Source: an uncultured Gammaproteobacteria bacterium
Lineage (GTDB): Bacteria > Pseudomonadota > Gammaproteobacteria > SZUA-229
Direction of reading: 5' to 3'
Length of the DNA stretch: 45,257 nt
NCBI GenBank assembly: GCA_963792545.1
Contig: CAWBXM010000006.1
Span: 1 to 45,257 of the forward strand
Part shown: one piece after another, positions 9,731 through 19,990 of the stretch
How positions within the stretch are numbered: the stretch's first letter is position 1
Layout: every line of letters begins with the position of its first letter
Translations under genes and position numbers: made by a program
The notes under the pieces: model-generated
Databases searched by the model: none
What the model was told of the DNA's origin: nothing
The model's input: only the letters and a program-made list of their open reading frames with translations

Positions 9731-10639
9731 ATGCCACTATCTGCGAAACAGCACATTCTAGCGCACTCCGCTTTCGATCTGTGTGATAACGTCGCCTATG
9801 CAGCGTGGCGTGAAATTAAGCTGTTGTATAAGAGACCGAAAGTTTCTGATTTGCTGGTTGACGTACTCGATCCGTACCAGCTAAGTAGTGCGGAAGTCTC
9901 GGCGATAAGTGTACGTTGTCGGCACTTCAATATGGCTATTTATCAGCTGTACGATCCGCAGGTCACGGATAAAAGGCTGGTGCATGAAATGGGTGCACAG
10001 TTGGCAATGAGACATCTCGATTCTAATCTGCGGGCAGATGAGGATAGCGTGACAAGTCTCGAAGTAAGGGCGCAATCCGGCAATCAGTATATTCCATACA
10101 CAAATAAAGCATTAAGTTGGCACACGGACGGTTATTATAATCCCCTTGATAAACAGATTTTTGGCATCATTATGCATTGTGTGCGACCTTCAGATGAAGG
10201 TGGTGTTAATCGGCTGCTGGATCCAGAACAGCTTTATATCGCACTTAGAGATCAGGATCCGGCTTATATAGAAGCTTTGATGCATCCCGAGGCAATGACC
10301 ATTCCGGATAACATTGAGAATGGAAAAGTGATTCGCGAAGCACAGAGCGGCCCGGTATTTAGTGTCAAGCCAGATGGACGCTTGCATATGCGCTACTCAG
10401 CAAGAAAACGCAACATAGTTTGGCGTGATACGGACGATACGCTGAAGGCTATCGAAAGTATCAGTAAAATTATGGCTGACGATAAAAATGTGCTCAAAGT
10501 GGCGCTCAGATCTGGCCAGGGCATTATCTGTAACAACGTATTGCACAATCGAAGTAGTTTTAGTGACAGTGAGAAACAAAAGCGCTTAATGTATCGCGCA
10601 AGATATTATGACGCTGTACATCAGGTGAATAGCGAATAG
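9731..10639 (+). CDS. TauD/TfdA-family Fe(II)/2-oxoglutarate dioxygenase
   Basis: HxD...H facial triad (WHTDG ... NNVLHNR). Start uncertain (9641, 9713 or 9731). Confidence 0.85.
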   Translation: MPLSAKQHILAHSAFDLCDNVAYAAWREIKLLYKRPKVSDLLVDVLDPYQLSSAEVSAISVRCRHFNMAIYQLYDPQVTDKRLVHEMGAQLAMRHLDSNLRADEDSVTSLEVRAQSGNQYIPYTNKALSWHTDGYYNPLDKQIFGIIMHCVRPSDEGGVNRLLDPEQLYIALRDQDPAYIEALMHPEAMTIPDNIENGKVIREAQSGPVFSVKPDGRLHMRYSARKRNIVWRDTDDTLKAIESISKIMADDKNVLKVALRSGQGIICNNVLHNRSSFSDSEKQKRLMYRARYYDAVHQVNSE

Positions 10640-10664
10640 TGATTAGTGATTAGTGATTAGTGAT
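10637..10664 (+). repeat. Heptamer tandem repeat (TAGTGAT)x4
   Basis: Four exact copies beginning at the stop codon of the TauD-like gene. Confidence 0.9.
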
Positions 10665-10711
10665 TTTCGCAGAAACCTAGCGCTAATATTATATTTTTAG
10701 AGGTTTGAGTA

Positions 10712-10900
10712 ATGTTGTGGTTAAGTGAAGTTATGATCCAGAATCCTGAAATGGAGAATTTTGAGCAGCTCAAAGATGAGCTAAAAAAGCGTGCGGCAGG
10801 AGGAGAGTTGTTTTTTCGTATGGACGTTAAACCTCAGTTTTCTGATACCCCTGCGGACTGGGAAGATAAGCTGGAAGCAGCATTTACCTCCAGAGTGTAA
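10712..10900 (+). CDS. Small acidic hypothetical protein of dsr-associated clusters
   Basis: GAGG RBS-like sequence upstream; protein-like composition; co-oriented between the tauD-like and cas6-like genes. Confidence 0.75.
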   Translation: MLWLSEVMIQNPEMENFEQLKDELKKRAAGGELFFRMDVKPQFSDTPADWEDKLEAAFTSRV

Positions 10901-10933
10901 TCAGAGACTCGCTAAATTTAACGGTAGACTATT

Positions 10934-11635
10934 ATGTTCTGGCAAGAAGACGACAAAAAAAATGATGTATCCACCTCCGAAAAGGTGGTGGATGCGAGTT
11001 ACAGGATTGATTGTAAGCAGATCCCAACCTGTCACGCATGGGAATTATCTCAGGCTTTGTATCAGGCTTTGCCCTGGATAAAAGATGATGATGAAATAGG
11101 TGTACATCAGATACATGGGGCTGCCTCCGGTAACGGTTGGGAGCGTCCGCCTGACGGTGAGTTAATCCATCTTTCAAAGCGTGCCCGTATGCAGATGCGT
11201 GTGCCTGTATCACGTATTGATGATGCGGCTGATCTGGTTGGTAAAACACTGGATGTTGCAGGATTCCCGGTTGTCATCGGTGAAATGACCAGTAAGTCTA
11301 TCGATCCCTTTTCTACCCTTTTTTCTCGCTACATCGTCGCGCCACCAGAGATGAGCGAAGATGATTTTCTGCAGTGGGTGTTTGAAGATCTGAGCAGTCG
11401 AGGTATTTCGGTGCGTAAGCTGCTGTGTGGGATCGGCCATAAGTTCGAGGCAAATGGTGAGCAAATCGAAACACGAAGTTTGATGATAGCGGATCTGGAC
11501 AAGTCGACGTCAATTGCATTACAGGAGGTTGGTATTGGTCCGCACCGGCATTTTGGTTGCGGTATTTTTGTTCCGCACAAAGGTATAAAAGCGGTCGGTG
11601 AAACAGAAGATAAAGCCCATTTTTCAGGAAGTTAG
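10934..11635 (+). CDS. Orphan Cas6/Cmx6-like (type I-MYXAN-like) RAMP endoribonuclease homolog
   Basis: C-terminal Gly-rich loop LQEVGIGPHRHFGCGIFVP (GhGxxxxxGhG); N-terminal IPTCHAWELSQAL with His at the position of the Cmx6 DHGY motif; GVHQIHG. Confidence 0.82.
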   Translation: MFWQEDDKKNDVSTSEKVVDASYRIDCKQIPTCHAWELSQALYQALPWIKDDDEIGVHQIHGAASGNGWERPPDGELIHLSKRARMQMRVPVSRIDDAADLVGKTLDVAGFPVVIGEMTSKSIDPFSTLFSRYIVAPPEMSEDDFLQWVFEDLSSRGISVRKLLCGIGHKFEANGEQIETRSLMIADLDKSTSIALQEVGIGPHRHFGCGIFVPHKGIKAVGETEDKAHFSGS

Positions 11636-11797
11636 GTGATTCTTTTAAAGTTATATATGACTCATTGCGAGCAAGCTGAAAAAGGCTTTTTATATTACCT
11701 TGGAAAAAATACTACCCCATTAGCAATACTGGAAATGAGCTAGCTATTCAGCTACTATTTGCGCCACATTTACAATATAGAATGAGGTTAATTAATC

Positions 11798-12121
11798 ATG
11801 GCAGCACTTGACTCAGTCGATAGAACAGCAAACGGTTATCTTGAAAACATAAACGACTGGAACGAAGAGATCGCAGCAGAAATTTTTGCTGAGGAAGAAA
11901 TCAATCCGACTGAAGAGCACTGGGACACTGTGCGCTATGTTCGCCAGGAAACTTTAGATGGCAACGAGCCAAATGAGCGTAGCATCATGAAAGCGATGGG
12001 CAAGCTCTGGGGTCGTAAAGTTTCTTCAAAAGAAATGTACGAAATGTTTCCTGGTATGCCGTCAAAGCAAGGCCTGAAAATTGGTGGTTGTCCACAGAGC
12101 ACACGTAAAGGCGGTTACTAA
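11798..12121 (+). CDS. TusE/DsrC/DsvC-family paralog lacking the canonical C-terminal cysteines
   Basis: GYLENINDWNEE, TEEHW and LYE-like MYEMFP align with DsrC. C-terminus KQGLKIGGCPQSTRKGGY versus KQACKYAGLPKPTGCV. Confidence 0.85.
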   Translation: MAALDSVDRTANGYLENINDWNEEIAAEIFAEEEINPTEEHWDTVRYVRQETLDGNEPNERSIMKAMGKLWGRKVSSKEMYEMFPGMPSKQGLKIGGCPQSTRKGGY

Positions 12122-12283
12122 TTTTTAGAATATGAATGTTTATCTTCCCATTTATAGATATATGGGTAAGATACTGCACAGACTAAAATTCTACTAAGTT
12201 AATAAAATTCAAATACGTAAGAATTTATCAGGCTATAAAGGTCTAAAAACGATAAGTTCCACATACATGAAAAGGTGAGAGAT

Positions 12284-12487
12284 ATGAGCAGCAAACAAGA
12301 AATGATTAAAGAAATGCTGGAAATGCAAAAGAAATTTTCTGCATATGAGCAAGCAAACGGTGTAGATCCAGAAGAATATTTCACACCAGAAGCTGGTTCA
12401 GAGTTTGATGGATACCGTGCGAAATATCAGGAACTTGCAAATAAAGTTGTTGATATGGCTCATGAAGAGGCCGGTTCTGAGCGTTAA
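12284..12487 (+). CDS. Small helical hypothetical protein
   Basis: RBS AAGGTGA upstream of ATG 12284; followed by a terminator. Confidence 0.75.
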   Translation: MSSKQEMIKEMLEMQKKFSAYEQANGVDPEEYFTPEAGSEFDGYRAKYQELANKVVDMAHEEAGSER

Positions 12488-12508
12488 GTCAGAAACAGTA
12501 TAAGCATG

Positions 12509-12538
12509 AAAAAAGCCGCACATTGTTGCGGCTTTTTT
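12509..12538 (+). terminator. Intrinsic terminator (potentially bidirectional)
   Basis: AAAAAA-GCCGCA-CATTGT-TGCGGC-TTTTTT. Confidence 0.88.
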
Positions 12539-13100
12539 GTATCGTATTTCATCTACCTCGTGTTCTGATAACGTATCGATGAATTAATCATGTTCCTTAG
12601 ATGTTAGGGGCTAAACTAAATAACGTTAATACAAGCACTGATAAGAAGAGAACCACTAAAGCTAATTTCTTTGTTTCAGTTCCGATCTCTGTTTCCATTT
12701 TTTTCTCAATTTTCATTGTTCCGCTCCTTTTGAATAAATCGAGTGCCCGCTTCATAAAATAATTAATAATTTTCGGGCAGTGATTTTTTAATTACAATTG
12801 ATATCAACTTTTAGCTTCCACATGCAGGAGCTAGTCCTCAATGAATAATACTATTAACAAACGCTGCTTTATTAAATCAGGGATTCCCCTATTTTTTGCG
12901 TCATTACTGCCGAATGTATTCAAGCCAATGATTCTGTTTCACCTCGAACTGATTTTTTTAGATGAAACACTGGCCAGATAAAATTCAGGTAACCCCTGAT
13001 GGTAGAACTTCGCAGACCACGTAATATCATGCCTCAGTTTATTTATAAGCTAAATCAGAAATGTGTTTTAGCCATAGCTATCAGTGAAGAGAGCCATAAA

Positions 13101-13475
13101 ATGAAACATGTGAATTCTGATTCAGTATTTGAAAAATTTACTTACAAAATCAATAATATAGACAAGGCGAAGGTGTGTGCCAGCAGGAAACATAATTCCG
13201 CTCGAGTCACCGTTACGGTCAAACTTGTAGGCGTGCTGGACCTGCGTGCAGTTTATTTAATGCATAACATCTATGAATTCGCCAAAAACTTTAAAGCGGC
13301 ACATATCATTGTTGACCTTCGCAGAACACATCACATCCATGACTCGGGTCTGGCGATGTTGTTATTGTTGAAAAATAAGCTTGGATCGCAAATTGAAAAA
13401 ATAAAACTCACTAATACAAGCCATTTAATGAACCGCCACTTTGCTTATCTGCCGATAACGTTTGAAATTAGTTGA
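13101..13475 (+). CDS. STAS-domain (anti-sigma factor antagonist-like) protein
   Basis: VKLVGVLD ... IIVDLRRTHHIHDSGLAMLL resembles the STAS DL..v..hDSSGL motif, here degenerate. ATG 13101 preferred over 12999. Confidence 0.65.
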   Translation: MKHVNSDSVFEKFTYKINNIDKAKVCASRKHNSARVTVTVKLVGVLDLRAVYLMHNIYEFAKNFKAAHIIVDLRRTHHIHDSGLAMLLLLKNKLGSQIEKIKLTNTSHLMNRHFAYLPITFEIS

Positions 13476-13498
13476 TAACTTAAATATAGGTAATAGTA

Positions 13499-13684
13499 AT
13501 GCTAGACCTGCTTACAGAACTGGAGATACTGGAGATAAAAGAACGGCGTAAAATAATTGCCCATCATGCTTATCGGCTTGCAGAACAGCGTGGTTTTAAT
13601 GGCGGTGATGCGGTACAGGATTGGCTGGAGGCAGAGAAGGAAGTTAATGTGATGTTTGACTGGTTATCTGCTAACAACGTTTGA
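13499..13684 (+). CDS. DUF2934-domain small protein
   Basis: IAHHAYRLAEQRG...DWLEAE motif. Confidence 0.85.
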   Translation: MLDLLTELEILEIKERRKIIAHHAYRLAEQRGFNGGDAVQDWLEAEKEVNVMFDWLSANNV

Positions 13685-13727
13685 AACGATTAATTATTAA
13701 TATTTTTGGAAATGGAGGAAAGATATA

Positions 13728-13952
13728 ATGGCAAAACGACAACTTGTAGCAGCATCAAAAAAAGTAAGAACTCCAACTAAGACTCAGAGAAACACAATGA
13801 AGAGTACTCTGGATGATGTAGATCAACGTGAAATGATTGCACGTGAAGCCTACCTGCGCGCAGAGAAACGTGGTTTTAATGGCGGAGATCCGGTACAGGA
13901 CTGGCTGGAGGCAGAAGCCAAGGTTAGTGAGATGATGAAGATGAGTGCATAA
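13728..13952 (+). CDS. DUF2934-domain small protein (paralog)
   Basis: IAREAYLRAEKRG...DWLEAE motif; GGAGG RBS. Confidence 0.88.
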   Translation: MAKRQLVAASKKVRTPTKTQRNTMKSTLDDVDQREMIAREAYLRAEKRGFNGGDPVQDWLEAEAKVSEMMKMSA

Positions 13953-14182
13953 GCATAAGTTGTCTACACTCTGAGGTAAACCCATAAGCCAGATACAGAC
14001 TGATAACAGTGGGAATTTGCTCAGGATAAAGTAATAACTTATTGCAGCGTTTTATTCTAATTACAGAATATGTCGCCCGTTACGTAATGCAGGATGTATA
14101 TGCTTCGGGCGACTTCGCGTCGGTTTGACAAGCCCGCAATCACTGCAGCCGCTGTTAACGATTAACACTTTCATGGCTGACA

Positions 14183-17100
14183 TTATTTTAAAGCTCCAGG
14201 CATATGTGTGCACTTGATGAGTGTTCCTTTACCCGGCGATGATTCAATGTTTAAAGTGCAGCCAATGACGCCTGCGCGGTAGCGCATGATTCGTAAACCG
14301 AGATTGTTTGCTAAATTTTTGTTTTGTGGGTCAAAGCCTTTTCCATCATCATAGACAGTGAGTTCAAAGTGATCCGTGTTATTCAACTGGATGCTGATAT
14401 TTTTGGCATCAGCATGCTTCACGGTATTGTTGAGACATTCCTGAATGATACGGTAAATCTGGATGCACGTTGTATGATCATCAATAGTAACGGGCAGTTG
14501 TGACTCAAAGTGACAGTTAATTCCTGATGCTTTTTGAATATCACTAATCAGTACATTTATTGCATCCTCAAGTCCCAGTGTTTCTATCGACATGGGTGCC
14601 AGTCCACACGATAGCGTTCGAGCGCTGATGGTTGTCTGTTGCAAGTGCTTAATGATTTCATCCAGTTTAGTATTTTGTGGAATATTTTCGCGCACAAGCT
14701 CGCGTTGCAGGCTGGCGATCATCAGGCTTAGACCTGTAAGCTGCTGGCCGAGGTCATCATGTATATCCTGACCAATGCGTTCCTGTTCCTGCGTACTGAC
14801 ATCGGCGATCTCTTTCTCCAGAAGTTTCTGTTCACTCAGGTCACGGATGATGCCGCAAAACAGGCCGATATGATCAATCTTGGTGACAGATAGTATCAAC
14901 GGAAAAATCGAGCCGTCTTTGCGAAGACCGGGCAATTCACGTGGGCCATTCATGATGTGGCTTTCACCGGTCTTCGAGTAGTTAGTCAGATAAGTATCAT
15001 GTTGCTCGTGATAGGGTGAGGGCATCAGCATGTTGACATTAGAATCGATAATTTCATCGACGCTATAACCGAACATGTTTTCCGCTGCCAGGTTGTAATC
15101 GGTAATCAGGCCGCCCTGATTTATTACAATGATGGCTTCTGCTGCGTTATCCATAATTGCACGCAGACGTTCCTCACTTACCTTCAATGTTTTTTCATAT
15201 TGCTGGCGTTCGGTGACGTCATGCATCAACCATACTTCATGGTCATCGAAACGGTAGGCGGCGAATTCAACAAATCGCTTGTCACCTTTTTTGCAGGTGA
15301 TGGTCTACCGGTGTGGTTCGTTTAGGGAAGCCGCGATACGATCTTTTTCGTATAAATGGCGGATTTTTTTTGCACGTTTACCGTACAATTTTTCGAACCA
15401 CTGATCCAGGGTTTTAAGTTCGGTGCGTTTGATACCCGGTGAGTTCTTCGGCAGCGCGATTCATGGTCAGCTTGCCATTTGCGATATAGATCGCGCCGGC
15501 AGGCAGATGTTCGACCATGCGCAGCAGGCGTTCGCTCTGCGCCCGTACTTCGTCGATGTATTTTCGTTCGCTAATATCGCGTTCAGTGATGGCAATGGCT
15601 GCTGGCTGACCTGACTCATCTTTTAGCGGCGTTACTGTCATCCATATATCAAGAAGTTGTCCGTCTTTGGTCTGTCGATGTGCATCGTACGAGTCGACAA
15701 CTTTACCTTGCGCCACCAGCTGGAGATATTCCAGCTCTTTATCTACGCTGTTTGCGGGTATCAGGGAGCGGATATTCATCTGCAATGCTTCTTTTTCTGT
15801 ATAACCGTATATCTTTTCGGCGCCGCGATTCCAGGACAAAATCTTTCCATCGAAATCCTGTACGCTAATAGCATCATTGGAATCGCGTACTACAGTCGCC
15901 AGCCTGTGTGTTTGCGCCTCGGATCTGACGCGCTCTGTAATATCGACAAAGGTGATGACTACGCCCTCTATGCGATTATCAGAGGTACGATAGGGCTGGC
16001 TTCGACGCAGGTAATCATGACCATCAGCCGTGTGAATTTCTGTTTCGATCGGCGTTAATTTTTCCAGTACGCGGTTAGCATCTTCAATGCAGGTCGGTGC
16101 CGGTGAAGTCAGTTGCGAAGGTATTGACCGCACGACCGATGTCGCTGTCGATCAGTTTGAGTAGTTTGCAAGTGGCCGGTGTGAACTGCTGGATGCGTAA
16201 TTCGGTGTCCACAAACAGCGTTGCAATGTCGCTGCTGTTGAGCAGGTTGATCATGTCATTGTGAGCCTGATCCAGTTGCTCAACTTTGTCCTGTAGCTGG
16301 TTGTTCACCGTGCTCAATTCTTCATTGAGTGATTGCAGCTCTTCTTTTGAGGTCTCCAGTTCTTCATTTGATGACTGCAGCTCTTCATTCATCGACATGA
16401 TTTCTTCGTTTGAAGCTTTTAGCTCTTCGTTGGAGCTTTCCATTTCCTCGATCGTGCTCTGCAGGTCCTCACGCGTGGACTTGAGTTCATATTCCAGATG
16501 GGTTATTAATGATGATTCATCTTCGCCTTTATGTTCGATTGTTTTAGATTCTTCAGACGAGGTGTTTTCACTTATCTGAAAGCTGACCAGCAGCAGTCCT
16601 TCGGCCTGTTTAGAATCAGTGATCGGTTTGACGGTGATTTTGCAGGGTAACAGTTCATCGTTGTGCTTGATGCGGGCGCTGGTATCGATAACCGGCTGAT
16701 TATTACGTATCGCCCGGTGGCAGGCGGTGCGGAGTTTGGTGCGTAATCCCTGGCGCGCCATGGCGATCAGATCACGGGTAGGTTCGCCCGTGGGTGCTTG
16801 CAGAAAATCACCGGTTGCACCATAGAAATACAGGATTTCATATTTGCGGTTGATCAATGCTGAGGCCGGACCATAGTCGGACAGTAGCTGGCGTTGCGTC
16901 AGTTCGGCGAAGTTCAGTTCATGACTGGCATCATCCTCTTTGATCAGTGGCTGCAGTAAACCTTGACGCTTATAGCCGGATACGATTGGAAAATTGATCA
17001 TGTCACGTCGTGTTGGGCCAATGCGCCTGAATAATCGCCATTTTTTTGATACGATTTTATACATGTCCACCTGCCGACCGATCGTTTCCGATGAACCGAG

Positions 17101-18499
17101 AAACAAAAAACCGTCTTCATGTAAGGAAAAATGGAACAGTGAAATGACTTTTTTCTGGACATCGGGTTCGAGGTAGATGAGCAGGTTGCGGCAACTGATC
17201 AGGTCGAGTTTTGAGAAGGGGGCATCGCTGATCAGGTTCTGGGCAGCAAAGACCACCGACTCGCGCAGTTGTTTTTTGACCTGGTAGTGGCTGTCGACCA
17301 GGGTGAAAAAACGCAATAGACGTTCACTCGTAATATCGGCAGAAATCGTTTCCGGATAGATGCCCTGACGGGCAAATTCCAGTGCATTTTCATCGATGTC
17401 AGTCGCATATATCTGGATGTCAGGCTGTTTCTGAGCGGCTGAAAATTGTTCGATTAGCAACATGGCGATAGAATAGGCTTCCTCACCGGTAGCGCAGCCG
17501 GGAACCCAGACGCGCACCGGAGTATCACTGTGCTGCTCGATTAATTGCGGTATCACGTGCTGCTCCAGTACCTGGTAGGCTTCTGGGTCACGGAAAAAAC
17601 GGGTTACGCTGATCAGCAGATCGTGATACAGACGATCCACTTCGTTTGCATCATTACGCAACAACTCAAGGTATTGCTCGAGCTCATCTATGTGGTTCAG
17701 TCCCATGCGTCGCAGTACGCGGCGCAACAACATGTTTTTGCGATAGCAGCGAAAATCGTATTTCATTCGAGCCCGAAGCAGGGCGAGAATACGGTTGAGT
17801 TGATCCTGCTCGGTTGTCGGGCAATTCGATCGGGTTCCAGTCGCCTCTGACATAAGCATGTTGTGCATACTTGATCAATTCAACTGGCATTTCCTCGGGC
17901 GGCAGGATGAAATCGATGCAGCCGGTATCGATAGCATTTTGCGGCATACGGTCATACTCGGCCGTATTGGGACTCTGTACCATTGCCATGCCGCCATTTG
18001 CCTTGATCGCCTGCAGGCCCAGAGTGCCATGCGAGCCGGTACCGGACAGAATGATGCCTATGGCGCGCTCTTCCTGATCTTCTGCCAGTGAGCGCAGAAA
18101 ATTATCGATGGCGGTTTCTGCACCGCGTTTCTCGGGCGGTTCGATCAGTTGCAGTACGCGCTGATGTATTTCCAGATATTTAGCGGGCGGAATAATATAG
18201 ACATGATTGGCTTTAACCGGCATGTTATCTTCCACCTCGCAAACCGGCATGGTGGTATGTTTGGTGAGCAGTTCAACCATCAGACTCCGATGGTTCGGAT
18301 CCAGATGCGGTACCAGCACAAAGGCCATATTGCTATTGTCCGGCATATGCGAGAAAAATGTTTTGAAAGCATTCAGGCCACCGGCTGAAGCACCGATGCC
18401 TACGATTGGAAACTTTGACTGTTTGCTGTCTGTGGGTTCTGTCTTGCCGCTGTCGTCGGTTTGCTGCTGTTGCGGTTTCTTATTGTTGGTTTTGGGCAT
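14183..18499 (-). pseudogene. CheB methylesterase-CheR methyltransferase-coiled coil-multi-PAS-histidine kinase (HisKA_3/HATPase) fusion, broken by frameshifts in this sequence
   Basis: Four consecutive ORFs: CheB (GASAGG, SGTGSHG), CheR (WVPGCATGEEAYS, ISCRNLLIY) with coiled coil, PAS domains, and kinase (DIHDDLGQ, DDGKG). They join by single-base indels near 17820, 16089 and 15431 plus a compensating pair near 15335/15305 (TAG at 15305-15307). Repaired length is about 1437 aa. Confidence 0.8.
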
Positions 18500-18669
18500 A
18501 AAGCCACTCGTGTTGGCAGTCAGAGAATAGTCATATTACCCCTAAATACACGGTGATTATATAGACCGGCATGTTGTGAAATTTTTTTATCGATAGTAGA
18601 AGTGCATTGATTTGTGTTCGGGTATTTTTATTGACCAGTTCAAGTCAGTCTTTATAAAGTCAGCCTGAT

Positions 18670-19326
18670 TCAGAGATTCGAGTCAAGCGACCACTGCATA
18701 GCACTGCGAGTCAGGTCACCGCCACTAACAAGTCCAAGCTTCTTTTTGATATTGGCGCGATGCGATTCGATTGTTTTGATACTCAGGTGGAGTGTGCTGG
18801 CAATATCACCTGTGCTCAGACCACGGCCGATAAGCTCAAAAACTTCCAGTTCTCGATCAGATAACTGTTTAACAGGCGACTCGTCTGGTTGTTGACTATC
18901 ATCAGAATTGTTCAGCAATAAGAGATGCTCTGCGAGCTGCGCACTGACGTATTTTTCTCCGCTGAGTATCTGATTGATCGCATTGATGAATTCATCACCG
19001 GTCGCCGACTTGTTGATGTAACCTTTTGCCCCAGCCTTCAGGGCGCGTTTTGCAAACAGGTTTTCATCATGCATAGAGGAGACCAGAATAGCCAGTTCAG
19101 GGTAGTGTGCTAGCAGACGTTTGATCAGTTCGAGACCGTTTCCGTCGGGCAACGACAGGTCGACTATGACTAAATCAGGTTTACTATGCGAGATTAACTG
19201 TAGTGTTTCAGCGATGCTGGATGCCTCATCGCTTACCTTGAGACCGGGTTCGCCGTCGATAAGCTGATGCAGACCACGGCGTACAAGCATGTGATCGTCG
19301 ACGATAAAAATACTGGCTTCAGACAT
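18670..19326 (-). CDS. NarL/LuxR-family response regulator
   Basis: REC domain (IVDDH, VDLSLPDGNG, GYINK) and LuxR HTH (LSDRELEVF...TIESHRANI). Confidence 0.95.
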   Translation of the reverse strand: MSEASIFIVDDHMLVRRGLHQLIDGEPGLKVSDEASSIAETLQLISHSKPDLVIVDLSLPDGNGLELIKRLLAHYPELAILVSSMHDENLFAKRALKAGAKGYINKSATGDEFINAINQILSGEKYVSAQLAEHLLLLNNSDDSQQPDESPVKQLSDRELEVFELIGRGLSTGDIASTLHLSIKTIESHRANIKKKLGLVSGGDLTRSAMQWSLDSNL

Positions 19327-19405
19327 CGTTATGCTCTATTGCTGAGGTTATTTCTTTCTATAAATAATGACATATTATACTCCGAAATCAGTCTAATGAT
19401 TCGTC

Positions 19406-19435
19406 AAAAAAAAGGCCGACCATAATGGTCGGCTT
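19406..19435 (-). terminator. Intrinsic terminator downstream of hsp20
   Basis: Minus strand AAGCCGACCA-TTA-TGGTCGGCC-TTTTTTTT. Confidence 0.85.
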
Positions 19436-19477
19436 AGCACACTGTTGCATGTAGAAACATACACCAGAAGGGTTCTG

Positions 19478-19990
19478 TTAACCGACCTTGATATTACGGC
19501 GCTTGGCTCGTTCCATCTTTGGTAGTGTCAGTTCAAGCACGCCGTCTTTGAATTTTGCATCTGCCTTATCTGAGTTTACCTCGGCAGGTAAAGTCAGAGT
19601 ACGGGTATAGCAACCATGTGAGGTTTCACAACGGTAATAATTACCTTTCTCTTCCTTTTCTTCTTTATGACTTTCGCCTTTGATAGTGACCGTGTTATCC
19701 GTCATAGAAATATCAATATCCTTTTTATTAACACCGGGAAGTTCCGCACGAACAAAGATTTCATCGTCGCGGTCAATGATATCGACTTTAGGCATATGGC
19801 CTTCAAATGGCGTAGCTAATTTTTCGCTGAATGCTAATCCAGAATTGCTACCGCGTAACCAGGACCTGGGGAAGAGATTTTCAAATACTCTTTCCATGTC
19901 TTCAAAAGAGCTTAATAAATGCCGTGGCTCAGCGCGCGTTATTTCTTTTTTCACGGGGATGACTTCTGCTTTTTTGTTTTTTTCAGCCAT
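19478..19990 (-). CDS. Hsp20/alpha-crystallin small heat-shock protein
   Basis: PKVDI...RAELPGV...AKFKDGVLELTLPK. Confidence 0.95.
   Translation of the reverse strand: MAEKNKKAEVIPVKKEITRAEPRHLLSSFEDMERVFENLFPRSWLRGSNSGLAFSEKLATPFEGHMPKVDIIDRDDEIFVRAELPGVNKKDIDISMTDNTVTIKGESHKEEKEEKGNYYRCETSHGCYTRTLTLPAEVNSDKADAKFKDGVLELTLPKMERAKRRNIKVG

Noticed and set aside
12999-13100. Longer N-terminus for the STAS protein
   Set aside because: ATG 12999 overlaps the putative operator box; ATG 13101 has a purine-rich leader and gives a typical STAS length.
15305-17821. Programmed frameshifting or stop readthrough in the CheB-CheR-kinase gene
   Set aside because: Too many shifts, none at a recognisable slippery heptamer with a stimulatory structure.
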